From assembly GCA_964016885.1 (NCBI GenBank), contig OZ024762.1, positions 12,772,001 through 12,836,000 of the forward strand: a stretch of 64,000 nucleotides of DNA, written 5' to 3'. The position numbers were made by a program, and so were the translations under genes. The notes below the pieces were generated by a model. It worked only from the letters and a program-made list of their open reading frames with translations. It did no database searches and was not told where the DNA came from. This DNA comes from Eledone cirrhosa (Eukaryota). Each line of letters begins with the position of its first letter. Position 1 is the stretch's first letter. This document shows positions 27,271 to 43,379 of this stretch, piece by piece.

Positions 27271-28460
27271 GTGTGTGTATGTGTGTGTACGTGTATAGTT
27301 ATATATATATATGTATATATGCGTGTGTGTACGAACTATAGGCACGTGCCTACTGTCAAGTAAACTGAGTAACAAACATAGTAGTCACATATATATGTAC
27401 ACACACATATATATACATATATACACACACACACACCATATATATATATATATGTATACACATACACACATATATATACACACACACACCATATATATAC
27501 ATATATACACACACACACACCATATATATATATATATGTATATACACACACACATATATATACACACACACACCATATATATATATACACACACCATATC
27601 TATATATATATACACACACACACACATATCCATCTCACCCTCTCTGTCCTTTTCTTTCTGCACCAATTCCTTCCATTATATAAATTCATCCGAAATACGG
27701 AATTATAAAAATCCACCATCACCACCACCACAATACCACCACCACCACCATCACCACTACAACAACACCATCACCACCACCACCACCACCACCACTACAA
27801 CAACACCACCAACACCACTACCACCACCACCATCACAACAACACCACCACCACCACCACTACCACCACTACAACAATACCATCACCACCACCACCACCAC
27901 TACAACAACACCACCACCACCCCTACCACCACCACAACACCATCACCACCACCACTACAACAACACCACCACCACCACAACACCATCACCACCACCGCCA
28001 CAACACCACCACCACCACCACCACCTCCACAACACCACCACAATACCACCACCACCACCACCTCCACAACCACCTCCACAACACCACCACCACCGCCACC
28101 ACAATACCACCACCACCACCACCACCACAACACCATCACCACCACAAATAGAGAAAGGACGACCACTATCCTCTCCTCCTCCCACCACCACCCCACTTGA
28201 CCATTCCACAACAGAGTTACAGAACCCAACAACCCCTAAACTAATCCCTATTAAAACTGTTCCAACAAAGTTCAACCGGTAGAGCGACAAATGGGGAAAA
28301 TGGCTAAAATCTGTAAAAGTGGTTTTGACGTTTTTATGGCTGACCAATGGATTGTACGGACAATGTTCAGTGGAGAGGGGACGAATATATGGATATATAT
28401 ATATGGATATATATATATACACACACATATATATGGATATATATATATACACGCACACGG

Positions 28461-28591
<131 letters not shown>

Positions 28592-28598
28592 TATATAT

Positions 28599-28647
<49 letters not shown>

Positions 28648-28840
28648 TATATGGATATATATATATACACACACACACATATATGGATATATATATATAC
28701 ACACACACACATATATGGATATATATATATACACACACACACATCGATATATATATATATATACACACACATGGATATATATATATATAGATATACACAC
28801 ACACATATATGGATATATATATACACACACACACATATAT

Positions 28841-28891
<51 letters not shown>

Positions 28892-28992
28892 TCGATATAT
28901 ATATATATATATACACACACATGAATATATATATATATACACACACATGTGGATATATATATATATATGCACACACACACACACATATATGG

Positions 28993-29027
<35 letters not shown>

Positions 29028-29728
29028 AAAAGAGAGAGTGAGAAAGATATATATATATATATATAGAGAGAGAGGGGGATGAGAGGGGGAGGTGGTAAAA
29101 TTATTAAATAATTCCAGCAAGGAAGCTGCCAAAAATGTCGTCATTTAAAGATTTTGACTTAAAAGCTTCAGTGGTTGTTGGAGTGGAATTGTTCCTACCA
29201 CCCCACCACTGTACCCCCCCCCCCCCACCAATGTACCACTCCCCCACCACTGTACCACCACCCCACCACTGTACCACCACCCCACCACTCCCCCACCACT
29301 GTACCACCACCTCACTACCACTGTACCACCACCTCACCACTGTACCACCACCTCACTACCACTGTACCACCGCCATACCACTGTACCACCACCTCACTAC
29401 CACTGTACCACCACCCCACCACTGTACCACCACCTCACTATCACTGTACCACCGCCATACCACTGTACCACCACCTCACTACCACTGTACCACCACCCCA
29501 CCACTGTACCACCACCTCACTACCACTGTACCACCGCCATACCACTGTACCACCACCTCACTACCACTGTACCACACCACCTCACCACTGTACCACTGTA
29601 CCACCACCCCACTACCACTGTACCACACCACCTCACCGCCATACCATCACCACACTACCACCACCACCACACCATTATACCGCCGTACTACCACAACATG
29701 TATGTGTATGTATGTATGCACGCCCCTG

Positions 29729-29772
<44 letters not shown>

Positions 29773-29987
29773 CAGAGAGAGGGTGGAGGAGAGAGAGAGA
29801 GAGAGAGAGAGGGTGGAGGAGAGAGAGAGAGAGAGGGTGGAGGAGAGTGAGAGATAGGGGGGGGGAGACTACCCGCACCGTCGGAAATTGCTTTTGCATC
29901 TTCAACGTTTTTGAGTTTCGAGTTCAAGCGATGTTTCATCCATTATCTTGCCTGAGGGGCAGACAACTGTGGTTAGGGTAGAGTATA

Positions 29988-30046
<59 letters not shown>

Positions 30047-30269
30047 TATATATATATAAATGAAATATAATAATATATATAATATATATATTATATATAT
30101 ATATATATAATATTATATTATGTATATATATATATTATATATATATATATATATTATATATATGTATATTATATATATAATATATATATATATATTATAT
30201 ATATATATTATATATATGTATATTATATATATAATATATATATATATATTATATATATATTATATATAT

Positions 30270-30319
<50 letters not shown>

Positions 30320-30397
30320 TATATATTATATATATATATTATATATATATATTATATATATATATTATATATATATATATATATTATATATATATAT

Positions 30398-30461
<64 letters not shown>

Positions 30462-31088
30462 TATATATATAATATATATACATATATATAATGTATATAT
30501 ATACATATATATAATATATATATATACATATATATAATATATATATAATATATATATATATATAATATATATATATATATAATATATATATATACATATA
30601 TATATACATATGTATATACATAAGTATATATATACATATATATATATAATATATATATATACATATATATAATATATATATATATATATAATATATATAT
30701 ATACATATATATAATATATATATATATATATATAATATATATATTATATATATTATTATATTTCATTTATATATATATAATATATATATATATATAATAT
30801 ATATATATTATATATATATATAATATATATATATATAATATATATATATATATATAATATATATATATATATATAGAGAGAGAGATAGGTAGATAGGTAT
30901 GGAGATAGATAGATAGATAGATAGATATAGTCATATTTGATACACATACATACACACACATATATATATATATATACACTTGCAAATGGGTGTATATTAA
31001 CAAATAGATAGTAATATAGACGAGGCAACCTAATTAAATTGATTGAAAAAGTAAATAGATTAGATAAGTGAAATATGATCAACTTTTA

Positions 31089-31125
<37 letters not shown>

Positions 31126-31126
31126 G

Positions 31127-31448
31127 ATGGTGGCTGCCAACTCGTTTTCGAGTACGGCCACTACTTTATATCCATGTAGGAGAACCCTTACCGATGCGCT
31201 GAACGAGTGTGACTTTTTAGTCCAGCCAGCGACTTGAAAACTCTGGTACAAACACTACACTTGTGACAATTATTGACACATAGTGCTGGGCCCATGGTAC
31301 CCTGTGACGACAAGTGCAGAGAGATCTCCAGATATAAAGCAATGCCTGTGCCGTGAAGCTTTTATAGTGAGCAAAGGCACTGCACAAAGCCAGTCCCACT
31401 CTCTTAACCAAGATGATATTTACCAAAAAGAAGAACAAGTCAATATCA
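31127..31448 (-). mobile_element. 5'-truncated copy of the 605-bp element
   Basis: Near identity to 11467-11785. Confidence 0.9.
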
Positions 31449-31718
31449 TACATATATACATACATATATACATCATACATATATACATATATACATACAC
31501 ACATACATATATACACACATACATACATACATGCATACATGCATACATACATATATTCATACATATATACATATACATATATACATACACACATACACAC
31601 ATACATACATACATACATACATGCATACATACATACATACATACATACATACATACACACACATATTTATAATCTTCACATAGACAGATTGTGTTTCTAA
31701 TTATGTATGGAATGTCTA

Positions 31719-31751
<33 letters not shown>

Positions 31752-31765
31752 TGGTAGTAGTAGTG

Positions 31766-31808
<43 letters not shown>

Positions 31809-31871
31809 TAGTAGTAGTAGTAGTAGTTGTGGTAGTAGTAGTAGTTGTGGTAGAAGTAGTAGTAATAGTAA

Positions 31872-31909
<38 letters not shown>

Positions 31910-32123
31910 ATTCTTTTTAACAAAGGCACAAGGCTAGCAATTTGTACTTTATTTTATTACACACACATATTAAAGGTTGAAAAGTTGGCGCAGCTAACGA
32001 AACACGCGTTCTTCTTATCCTATTATGTCTTCCTTGTAGTACTAGCTTTAATGATAAAATATATTAAAACTCGACCCCCGGGGCTTGAGTTGCTCTACGC
32101 CCTGGATATTTCTCCCGAGTTAT

Positions 32124-32223
<100 letters not shown>

Positions 32224-32225
32224 TG

Positions 32226-32331
32226 TAACGAAAGAAGTGTAATAAGGGACCAGGTGGACCATAACGCACCAGTCCAGAAATATCCGTTGAAACGGCTTGA
32301 GCTCTGCCATCGGGGGTCTTGAACATTTTCC

Positions 32332-32333
<2 letters not shown>
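32226..32333. mobile_element. Rearranged short copy of the fold-back element (another at 53292-53380)
   Basis: Inverted tail joined to AGTCCAGAAATA..GAAACGGCTTGAGCTCTGCC. Confidence 0.7.
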
Positions 32334-32362
<29 letters not shown>

Positions 32363-32598
32363 CTCTCCCGCCGTATATGTATAGGTTAATGTACATATAA
32401 TTCCATTGTAACAACTCTGGAGAGATCATTTACCGAACTGACATCACATATATCTTAGTTCGGTCTTGTATCACATTAGATAATACATAACAATGTGTGA
32501 TTGACTCTATAAATGTCGTTATGCGAATCTGAAACCCACGTATAAATTCGTTGTGAGTTAGAAAATCGCAACACCTCTGTCTAGCTATGTATGGCAAC

Positions 32599-32681
<83 letters not shown>

Positions 32682-33324
32682 AAACATTCGTGGTCAATTT
32701 TTGACCAGTGCAATATATAAATTATTTAACTGAAGAACTTCCTGCAATTCCTGTAATCAGACATAACTGCCTAGAGTTACCGCCCTTTTCTATTACGTTC
32801 ATCTCATGTGCTTTTACTTCTCTCTCACTGCTTCTCTTTCTCTCTCTGCTTCTCCTTCTCTCTCTGCTTCTCTTTCTCTCTCTGCTTCTCTCTCTCTCTC
32901 TGCTTCTCTTTCTCTCTCTGCTTCTCCTTCTCTCTCTGCTTCTCCCTCTCTTTCTGCTTCTCTTTCTCTCTCTGCTTCTCCCTCTCTCTCTCCCAGCGTC
33001 TCTCGCTCTTTCTGTTTCTTTCTCTCTAGTAACTATTTACCCTTTCTGTCTCTGCTTCTCTCTGTCTCATCCTTCTCTCTCTGCTTCTAGTGTTTATTTC
33101 TCCCCCCTCCCTCTCTCTCACTGTCTGTATGTCTCTCTCTCCGGCTCTCTTTCTCTCTGTACTCTGTCTCTTCCCCTCTCTACTACTATCCCTTCTCACC
33201 CTCTCTCTCTTACCAACCCACCCCCACTGCCTGTCTGTCCATCCCCTCCTCCCCACACCACCACAACTGTCCTGTAATGTCATCGACCTATTTGTCAAGG
33301 TCTCTTCTTAAGCTGTATATGTGG

Positions 33325-33363
<39 letters not shown>

Positions 33364-33366
33364 TGT

Positions 33367-33421
<55 letters not shown>

Positions 33422-33424
33422 ATA

Positions 33425-33459
<35 letters not shown>

Positions 33460-33642
33460 ATGCGCGCGCGCGATTGTCTGTATAAGTGTGTGTATGTATG
33501 TGTGTGTATGACAGGACCCACTGGAAGGTGTGTGTGAGGACCCAGAAACCCCCACGACACCCCCAGGAAATAAGTGGCTGAAGAAGAAGACGAAGAAGAT
33601 GTACTTAGCAGATTAGAGAAATACTTCAACAGAAATGGAACC

Positions 33643-34552
33643 TTTCACATCTTGTCAGGGCTTGTTACCAGTTAAAACAGGGCCAATACTTCACATCTTG
33701 TCAGGGCTTGTTACCAGTTAAAACAGGGCCAATACTTCACATCTTGTCAGGGCTTGTTACCAGTTAAAACAGGGTCAATACTTCACATCTGGCCTAGACT
33801 TGTTACCAGTTAAAACAGGGTCAATACTTCACATCTTGTCAGAGCTTGTTACCAGTTAACACAGGGCCAATACTTCACATCTTGTCAGGGCTTGTTACCA
33901 GTTAAAACAGGGTCAATACTTCACATCTGGCCTAGACTTGTTACCAGTTAAAACAGGGTCAATACTTCACATCTTGTCAGGGCTTGTAACCAGTTAAAAC
34001 AGGGCCAATACTTCACATCTGGCCTAGACTTGTTACCAGTTAAAACAGGGTCAATACTTCACATCTTGTCAGGGCTTGTTACCAGTTAAAACAGGGCCAA
34101 TACTTCACATCTTGTCAGGGCTTGTTACCAGTTAAAACAGGGCCAATACTTCACATCTGGCCTAGACTTGTTACCAGTTAAAACAGGGCCAATACTTCAC
34201 ACCTGGCCTAGACTTGTTACCAGTTAAAACAGCGTCAATACTTCACATCTGGCCTAGACTTGTTACCAGTTAAAACAGGGTCAATACTTCACATCTTGTC
34301 AGGGCTTGTTACCAGTTAAAACAGGGTCAATACTTCACATCTGGCCTAGACTTGTTACCAGTTAAAACAGGGTCAATACTTTACATCTTGTCAGGGCTTG
34401 TTACCAGTTAAAACAGGGTCAATAATTCACATCTGGGTTAAGCTTGTTACCAGTTAAATCAGGGCCTACATTACACATCTGGCCTGGGTCTACAGTTGAC
34501 ATCTGGAATGAGCTTGTTAGCAGCCAAATCAGGGCCAAGATTTTACATTTCA
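33643..34552. repeat. 46-bp minisatellite, ~19 copies, two interleaved variants
   Basis: CTTCACATC(TTGTCAGGG/TGGCCTAGA)CTTGTTACCAGTTAAAACAGGGYCAATA. Confidence 0.96.
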
Positions 34553-34579
34553 AATGTAGGTCGTGTTGTGTGTGTGTGC

Positions 34580-34645
<66 letters not shown>

Positions 34646-34854
34646 GTGAGAACACTGTCTCTCAAGGTAAATCCCCCTCCCCCAGCTTCCTGTAAGCGTC
34701 ACTCAACTGTCGGTGTTAAGTTCTATTGTTGCTGTCTCTGTGTATATGTGTGACTATGTATGTCTGTATGTGTGTATATGTGTGACTATGTATGTCTGTA
34801 TGTGTGTGTGTGTATATGTGTGACTGTATGTGTTTGTGTGTGACTATGTATGTC

Positions 34855-34897
<43 letters not shown>

Positions 34898-35086
34898 CTA
34901 TGTATGTCTGTATGTGTGTGTGTGACTATGTATGTCTGTATGTGTATGTGTGCGTGTGTATGTGTGAGTGTGGGGTTGAGGGAGGAGGAAAGGTCAGAAC
35001 AGCGGACGTCCGCCTTCTGCCATATATGGTAAGAGCTGAAGGAAAGAGTCTAGTTCCATTCACATGGGTGCGCACACACGCACACA

Positions 35087-35170
<84 letters not shown>

Positions 35171-35349
35171 CTCTCCACGTAGAAATAAGGTGACACAACA
35201 TTATAACATTATTGATGACACAACACAGATTGTTCTGGAAGTGTGAACAAGGGTTAAAGGGAATTACAGAATGTACAGAATAATCGAATACAATACAAAC
35301 GGAATATCATAGAATAGATAGAATACTTTTATACAACATGAATAACAGA

Positions 35350-36164
35350 ATGGTAGAATGATGGAATAACTATAGGCTGATAGAATGATGGAACTACTAT
35401 AGGATGGTGGAATGGTGGAATAACTATAGGCTGGTGGAATGGTGGAATAACTATAGGCTGGTGGAATGGTGGAATAACTATAGGCTGGTGGAATGGTGGA
35501 ATAACTATAGGCTGGTGGAATGGTGGAATAACTATAGGCTGGTGGAATGGTGGAATAACTATAGGCTGGTGGAATGGTGGAATAACTATAGGCTGGTGGA
35601 ATGGTGGAATAATTATAGGATGGTGGAATGGTGGAATAACTATAGGCTGGTGGAATGGTGGAATAACTATAGGCTGGTGGAATGATGGAATAACTATAGG
35701 ATGGTGGAATGGTGGAATAACTATAGGCTGGTGGAATGGTGGAATAACTATAGGCTGGTGGAATGATGGAATAACTATAGGCTGGTGGAATAGTGGAATA
35801 ACTATAGGCTGGTGGAATGGTGGAATAACTATAGGCTGGTGGAATAGTGGAATAACTATAGGCTGGTGGAATGGTGGAATAACTATAGGCTGGTGGAATG
35901 GTGGAATAACTATAGGCTAGTGGAATGGTGGAATAACTATAGGCTGGTGGAATGGTGGAATAACTATAGGCTAGTGGAATGGTGGAATAACTATAGGCTG
36001 ATGGAATGGTGGAATAACTATAGGCTGGTGGGATGGTGGAATAACTATAGGCTGGTGGAATGGTGGAATAACTATAGGCTGATGGAATGGTGGAATAACT
36101 ATAGGCTGATGGAATGGTGGAATAACTATAGGCTGGTGGGATGGTGGAATAACTATAGGCTGGT
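35350..36164. repeat. 27-bp minisatellite, ~30 copies
   Basis: Unit GGCTGGTGGAATGGTGGAATAACTATA. Confidence 0.97.
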
Positions 36165-36433
36165 TGCAAGCTGACCATGCTTGGGCCTTTCTGGTGGCGA
36201 AATTCTTCTCAGAGTCCATGATCCAGGACCCAAGATACTTGAAATCCCCGACTTGTTTGATATCACTGCCGTTGATTGCTTTAATGTTGTTACCTGTACA
36301 GTTTGGTATGTACTCTGTCTTACCCTCGTTCTGATGAAGGCCAACGAGCGTGGCTGCTTCCTGGAGAGATGTCAAAGGTTGTTGCGTATTTTTTAGGCAA
36401 TCTGCAAGGAGTGCAATGTCATCCGCAAAGTCA
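36163..36433 (-). mobile_element. Inverted 5' segment of an RTE LINE (RT domain)
   Basis: DFADDIALL...VGLHQNEGKTEY...FKYLGSWI...RKAQAWSACN. Confidence 0.93.
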
Positions 36434-36576
36434 AAGATGGATCGAGTTTGGCGCCCAAATCTTTCCAACCACACCAAGATCAGACTTTTCCAAGTAACAA
36501 TCCAACCAATCTTGCAATATGGAAGTGAAACATGGACGCTTTCATCCAAACAACAGAAGGACTTTGATGGCATTTA

Positions 36577-36620
<44 letters not shown>

Positions 36621-36679
36621 ATGTCTTGATGGCACCTACACTACTACTACTACTACTACTAATGTCTTGATGGCACCTA

Positions 36680-36714
<35 letters not shown>

Positions 36715-37733
36715 ACTTCAACGCATTCAGAACATAAGCTGGCGGCATCTGACTTTGAGAGAGATATATGCCGGTCTCCCACGCATATATTTCGTTGTAT
36801 GTAAAAGGAGAGAAAGATTTGCTGGTCACTGCCATCGTACCACCTCTGAGGTTGTGTCCCCTTTAGTGTCACTAATAACAAGGGGTACAAACTCTCCTAT
36901 CCTGATTTACTGGTCACTGCCATCGTACCACCTATGACGTTGTGTCCCCTTTAGTGTCACTAATAACAGGGGGTAAAGCTCTCCTATTCTGATTTACTGG
37001 TCACTGCCATCGTACCACCTATGACGTTGTGTCCCCTTTAGTGTCACTAATAACAGGGGGTAAAGCTCTCCTATTCTGATTTACTGGTCACTGCCATCGT
37101 ACCACCTATGACGTTGTGTCCCCTTTAGTGTCACTAATAACAGGGGGTAAAGCTCTCCTATTCTGATTTACTGGTCACTGCCATCGTACCACCTATGAAG
37201 TTGTGTCCCCTTTAGTGTCACTAATAACAGGGGGTAGAAGCTCTCCTATCCTGATTTACTGGTCACTGCCATCGTACCACCTATGAAGTTGTGTCCCCTT
37301 TAGTGTCACTAATAACAGGGGGTAGAAGCTCTCCTATTCTGATTTACTGGTCACTGCCATCGTACCACCTATGAGGCTGTGTCCCCTTTAGTGTCACTTT
37401 TAACAAGGGGTAGAAGCTCTCCTATCCTGATTTACTGGTCACTGCCATCGTACCACCTATGAGGTTGTGTCCCCTTTAGTGTCACTAATAACAAGGGGTA
37501 CAAGCTCTCCTATCCTGATTTACTGGTCACTGCCATTGTACCACCTCTGAGGTTGTGTCCCCATTAGTGTCACTAATAACAAGGGGTACAAGCTCTCCTA
37601 CCCCGATGTCATCTCCAGAGATTCTGGTATTGAAATCCAGGACTTGGCAACGGCAATGAACGACAGACCCACGTGGAGATCAGTTGTTGAGTTGATTTCA
37701 TCTGAGGCCATGTGATGATGATGATGATGATGA
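36434..37733 (+). mobile_element. Sense 3' segment of the same RTE LINE, with (CTA)n interruption, 87-88-bp tandem array (~9 units) and (TGA)n tail
   Basis: [36 protein letters not shown]...RRERFAGHCHR...DRPTWR. Confidence 0.93.
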
Positions 37734-37774
37734 TAGAATGGTAGAATAACTATAGGAGTAAGAGAATCACTTAC

Positions 37775-37888
37775 ATTTAAACTCAGATTCTGTGATTCTA
37801 TCGATTTTGTTCGTTTTTTTCGCTTTATTCTCCATATTTTGCTATTTTTCATCGTTAAAAGTTGATCTTCGATCAGAGAATGGTAAAG
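37775..37888 (-). CDS. Candidate 114-nt exon of an unidentified gene
   Basis: Acceptor ttcttctgacatttcag, donor AAT|gtaagt; open frame LYHSLIEDQLLTMKNSKIWRIKRKKRTKSIESQNLSLN, or start MENKAKKTNKIDRITESEFK. Confidence 0.4.
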
Positions 37889-38660
37889 CTGAAATGTCAG
37901 AAGAAATGTCAATGGTAACAGGATGGTATGATGGTAGTGGCAGGGTGGTGGTGGTGGTGGGTGATGGTGGTGATAGTGGTAAGGTGGTGGTGGTGGTGGT
38001 GGTGATGGTGGTGATGGTGGTGATAGTGGTAAGGTGGTGGTGGTGGTGGTATGGTGGTGGTAGAGGTAGTGGTGGTGGTGGTGGTAGTGTTGGTGGTGAT
38101 GGTAGTGGTGGTGGTGGTGTGGTGGTGGTGTTGTTGTTGGTGGTGGTGGTGTTGGTGGTGGTGGTGTTGGTGGTGGTGTTGTTGGTGATGGTGTTGGTGG
38201 TGGCAGTGGTAGTGGTGGTAGGTAGTGGTGGTGGCGGTAGTGGTGGTGGTTGTGGTGGTGGTTGAGATGGTAGTGGTGGTGGTGTCGTGGTGGTGGTGGT
38301 GGTGGTGGTGGTATTGGTGGTGGCAGTGGTGGTGATGGTGTGGTGGTGGTGGTGGTGGTGATGGTGTGGTGGTGATGGTGTGGTGGTGGTGGTGGTGGTG
38401 ATGGTGGTGGTGGTGATGGTGTGGTGGTGGTGGTGTGGTGGTGGTGATGGTGGTGGTGATGGTGTGGTGGTGGTGGTGTGGTGGTGGTGGTGGTGATGGT
38501 GGTGGCGGTGTGGTGGTGGTGTGGTGGTGAGACAGACTCGCAAGTCTAACGGTTGGCATTCGGCCATCAAATCACCAACACAATACTACTACTACCACCA
38601 CTACTACCACCACTACTACTACTACCACCACTACTACTACTATTACTATTACTACTAATA

Positions 38661-38845
38661 ATAATTGTTTCAAATTTTGGCACAAGGCCAGCAAATTCCC
38701 CAGTCGTATTACTGGTACTTTATTTTATCGACCCGTAAGGATGAAAGGCAAAGTTAACCTCGGCGGGATTTGAACTCAGAATGCGAAGGCCGTAACTCTA
38801 TTCGTCAAAGCCTGGCTTCCGACCCTCTACTGATACTGCCAATCC
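38661..38845 (-). mobile_element. tRNA-derived SINE, near full length
   Basis: Reverse complement of the 58837 family. Confidence 0.9.
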
Positions 38846-38977
38846 AATGGTCTGCATTCACACACGCTTCTTCTTCACACACGCTTCTTCTTCACACACG
38901 CTTCTTCTTCACACACACACACACACACACACATGACGAAACATAAGTCAATTGCACGAACTCATAATCCTTTATTT

Positions 38978-39033
38978 ACTGCTATATATATTTCGATGAT
39001 AGCCATTGAATGGCTATGACCTCATCAGGCAGT
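38978..39033 (-). ncRNA. Type I hammerhead ribozyme in repeated element 38933-39100
   Basis: ACTGC-CTGATGA-GGTcATAGCCA ttcaa TGGCTATcATC-GAAA-TATATA-TA-GCAGT; AUA triplet. Confidence 0.85.
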
Positions 39034-39092
39034 TAGTCAGTTCTTAGATATGCCAGCTCTGTGTTTATAGTGTTGATGGTATCAGAGCCTTG

Positions 39093-39138
<46 letters not shown>

Positions 39139-39334
39139 TAATAAAAATAATGAATAAAAACAAAGAAACAGTTCCTTATATTAAAAAATTCATCATTTTA
39201 CGATCGTTTCTAGGATATATATGTGTGTGTTGGTATGTATATCATATAGATCTATGTAAAATTTTTACAAACTAACAGAGGGAATATACATACCTACACA
39301 TATATATGCTATCTTCAGACAGTATATTTTGGTA

Positions 39335-39441
<107 letters not shown>

Positions 39442-39567
39442 TCGAAGTTCATGCTGGTTAGATAGATATATAGAAAGATAAAGACTGCTAGATAGATAGA
39501 TAGATAGAATGACAATTAGACAGAGACAGACATACAGACACACAGACACACAGACATACAGACAGAC

Positions 39568-39600
<33 letters not shown>

Positions 39601-39604
39601 TGGA

Positions 39605-39804
39605 NNNNNNNNNNNNNNNNNNNNNNNNNNNNNNNNNNNNNNNNNNNNNNNNNNNNNNNNNNNNNNNNNNNNNNNNNNNNNNNNNNNNNNNNNNNNNNNN
39701 NNNNNNNNNNNNNNNNNNNNNNNNNNNNNNNNNNNNNNNNNNNNNNNNNNNNNNNNNNNNNNNNNNNNNNNNNNNNNNNNNNNNNNNNNNNNNNNNNNNN
39801 NNNN
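39605..39804. other. Assembly gap (200 N)
   Basis: Run of N. Confidence 0.99.
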
Positions 39805-39986
39805 TATACATATAACAGTTAATAGACCGACATGGTTGTCAGGGGATGGTCAGCATTGGATCGGCGTCTTTCCTGGAAAACAGAAAGCGAGTTTTAATTA
39901 AAGAGAAATAAAGAGAGTTAGATATACAGGTATATATATACAGGTATATATATACAGGTATATATATACAGGTATATATATACAGG

Positions 39987-40056
<70 letters not shown>

Positions 40057-40107
40057 AATATTATCTGTACAGATAATCATAGTGTGTATACACTTTTTGG
40101 GGGAACC

Positions 40108-40183
<76 letters not shown>

Positions 40184-40256
40184 CCCGAATTAAAATTTTG
40201 TGTCTCGTATTAAACAATGCTCCAAGCAAGCTACAAAACTCTTATATGTGTATGTG

Positions 40257-40305
<49 letters not shown>

Positions 40306-40360
40306 ATATATATTTGTGTGTATATATATACATATATATATATATATATGTGTGTGTCTC

Positions 40361-40398
<38 letters not shown>

Positions 40399-40503
40399 AT
40401 TGGATATTTAGTAAAATCGAATCTCTGGCGGTTTGCAAGCAAATTCGGCCTACTTATGAGGTGATGAGTTAGCAAAGCACTCGATAAGTTAGGTCCTTAG
40501 AGT

Positions 40504-40841
40504 AATAACATACGTTTAAATAGCTTGACAAATCATATAATATATATACATACATACGTACATACGTACGTATATATAATAACATACGTTTAAATAGCTT
40601 GACAAATCATATAATATATATACATACATACGTACATACGTACGTATATATAATAACATGCGTTTAAATAGCTTGACAAATCATATAATATATATACATA
40701 CATATGTACATACGTAATACGTATATATAATAACATGCGTTTAAATAGCTTGACAAATCATATAATATATATACATACATACGTACATACGTACATACGT
40801 ACATATATATAATAACATACGTTTAAATAGCTTGACAAATC

Positions 40842-40923
<82 letters not shown>

Positions 40924-40975
40924 CATACATACGTACGTATATATAATAACATACGTTTAAATAGCTTGACAAATC
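40504..40975. repeat. ~76-bp tandem repeat with variable internal (TA)n, ~6 copies
   Basis: AATAACATACGTTTAAATAGCTTGACAAATC recurs. Confidence 0.9.
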
Positions 40976-41036
40976 TAACATTGTGGTAGTTAAAATCTAA
41001 CCCACAATAACATACCAAAGTAACGATAGAACTAAC

Positions 41037-41080
<44 letters not shown>

Positions 41081-41093
41081 ATATATATATATA

Positions 41094-41150
<57 letters not shown>

Positions 41151-41164
41151 GTGTATATATATAT

Positions 41165-41321
<157 letters not shown>

Positions 41322-41435
41322 TATATATATGTATACATATATATATATATATATGTATACATATATATATATATGTATATGTATACATATATATATATAT
41401 GTATATATATATATACGTATATATATATATGTGTA

Positions 41436-41466
<31 letters not shown>

Positions 41467-41534
41467 ATATATATATATACGTATATGTATACATATATAT
41501 ATATATGTATACATATATATATGTATATGTATAC

Positions 41535-41568
<34 letters not shown>

Positions 41569-41600
41569 GTATATATATATATGTATATATATATATATAC

Positions 41601-41664
<64 letters not shown>

Positions 41665-41755
41665 GTGTATATATATATACATATATATATATGTGTATAT
41701 ATATATATACATGTATGTGTATATATATATATGTGTGTATATATATATATATATG

Positions 41756-41810
<55 letters not shown>

Positions 41811-41872
41811 TCACACACACACATATATATATACACACACACACACATATATATATACACACACACACACAC

Positions 41873-41903
<31 letters not shown>

Positions 41904-41995
41904 TATATATATACACACACACACATATATAGTAACCACAGTACGTAAGGTACTCAATACATTAGTAGAATGTAAACATCAAATTTAATATAAAA

Positions 41996-42046
41996 GGTTT
42001 CTACAGGACTAGAACTGTTTCATTGGAAGGAAATCATCAGGGAAGG
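41996..42046 (-). ncRNA. Decayed hammerhead motif, family of 2692-2738 (truncated copy at 16883-16923)
   Basis: CTGATGA..GAAACAGTTCTAGTCCTGTA core intact; stems I and II poorly paired. Confidence 0.5.
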
Positions 42047-43128
42047 CCAACAAGGCTTTCCTGGTGATTTTCACGACTCCATCTTGAGACACATTTATTG
42101 GTCGTATTTGTAGGGTATTGGTCACGTGATTAGCAGCGGTCGTAAAGGATCATGGGAGCGGAAAGAGATCATGGGCGCCTGGTTTAATATATCGTATCAA
42201 AACGATACCTCGACAACACACCACCACACCACCACACTACTCCACCACACCAGACCACCACATCACAACACTACACCACCACATCACAACACTACACCAC
42301 CACATCACACCACACCACCACATCACAGCAATACCACACCACCACATCACAGCAACACCACACCACACCACCTCATCACACCACCACATCACAACACTAC
42401 TCCACCACACCACACCACACCACACCACACCACACCACGACATCACAACACCACCACACCACACTACACCACACCACACCACACCACACCACACCACACC
42501 ACACCACACCACACCACACCACCACACCACACCACACCACACCACCATACCACACCACACCACCATACCACACCACACCACCACATCACAGCAATACCAC
42601 ACCACCACATCACAGCAACACCACACCACACCACCACATCACAGCAACACCACACCACACCACCTCATCACACCACCACATCACAACACTACACCACCAC
42701 ACCACACCACCACATCACAGCAACACCACATCTCTACAGCAACACCACAGCACCACCACATCACACCACCACAACACCACACCACCACAGTAACATCACA
42801 CCATACCACACCACACTACAACAACACCACACCACAGCTCCCACCTACTACCACCGCTGCCATCACCACCACCACCAAGGATACCACCACATCACCACCA
42901 CCACCACCACCCACATCACCATCACCACCACTACGACGCCACATGGTGATGGTGGTGGTGTTGGTGTTGATGGTGGTGGTGGTGTTGATGGTGGTGGTTG
43001 TGAGGTAATGGTTGTGGTGGAGGTGGTGGTTTTGGTGGTAGTGGGTGTGTCATGGTGGTGGTGATGGTGTGTGTGTGTGATGGTGGCGTGTACCTGCAAA
43101 TGTATATGTATATGTGTATATTCAATGT

Positions 43129-43165
<37 letters not shown>

Positions 43166-43167
<2 letters not shown>

Positions 43168-43379
43168 GGAACAAGTATGACCCCGACGGCAGAGCTCAAG
43201 CCGTTTCGACAGCTATTTCTCTATTTCTGGACGGCTATTTCAGTCCAGAAATAGCCGTCGAAACGGCTTGAGCTCTGCCGTCGGGGTCATACTTGTTCCT
43301 ATTACCCACTCTACTACCCTAAGTATTGAGTACTTTGCTGCGTTATGGTCCATCTGGTTCCTTACCACAATTCCTTCGT

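Noticed and set aside
29873-29951. Minus-strand acceptor cccctcag with MKHRLNSK ORF
   Set aside because: Stops in all frames from the acceptor and a weak donor
33643-34552. CRISPR-like regular arrays (also 46771, 60463)
   Set aside because: No unique spacers, no cas genes, eukaryotic context
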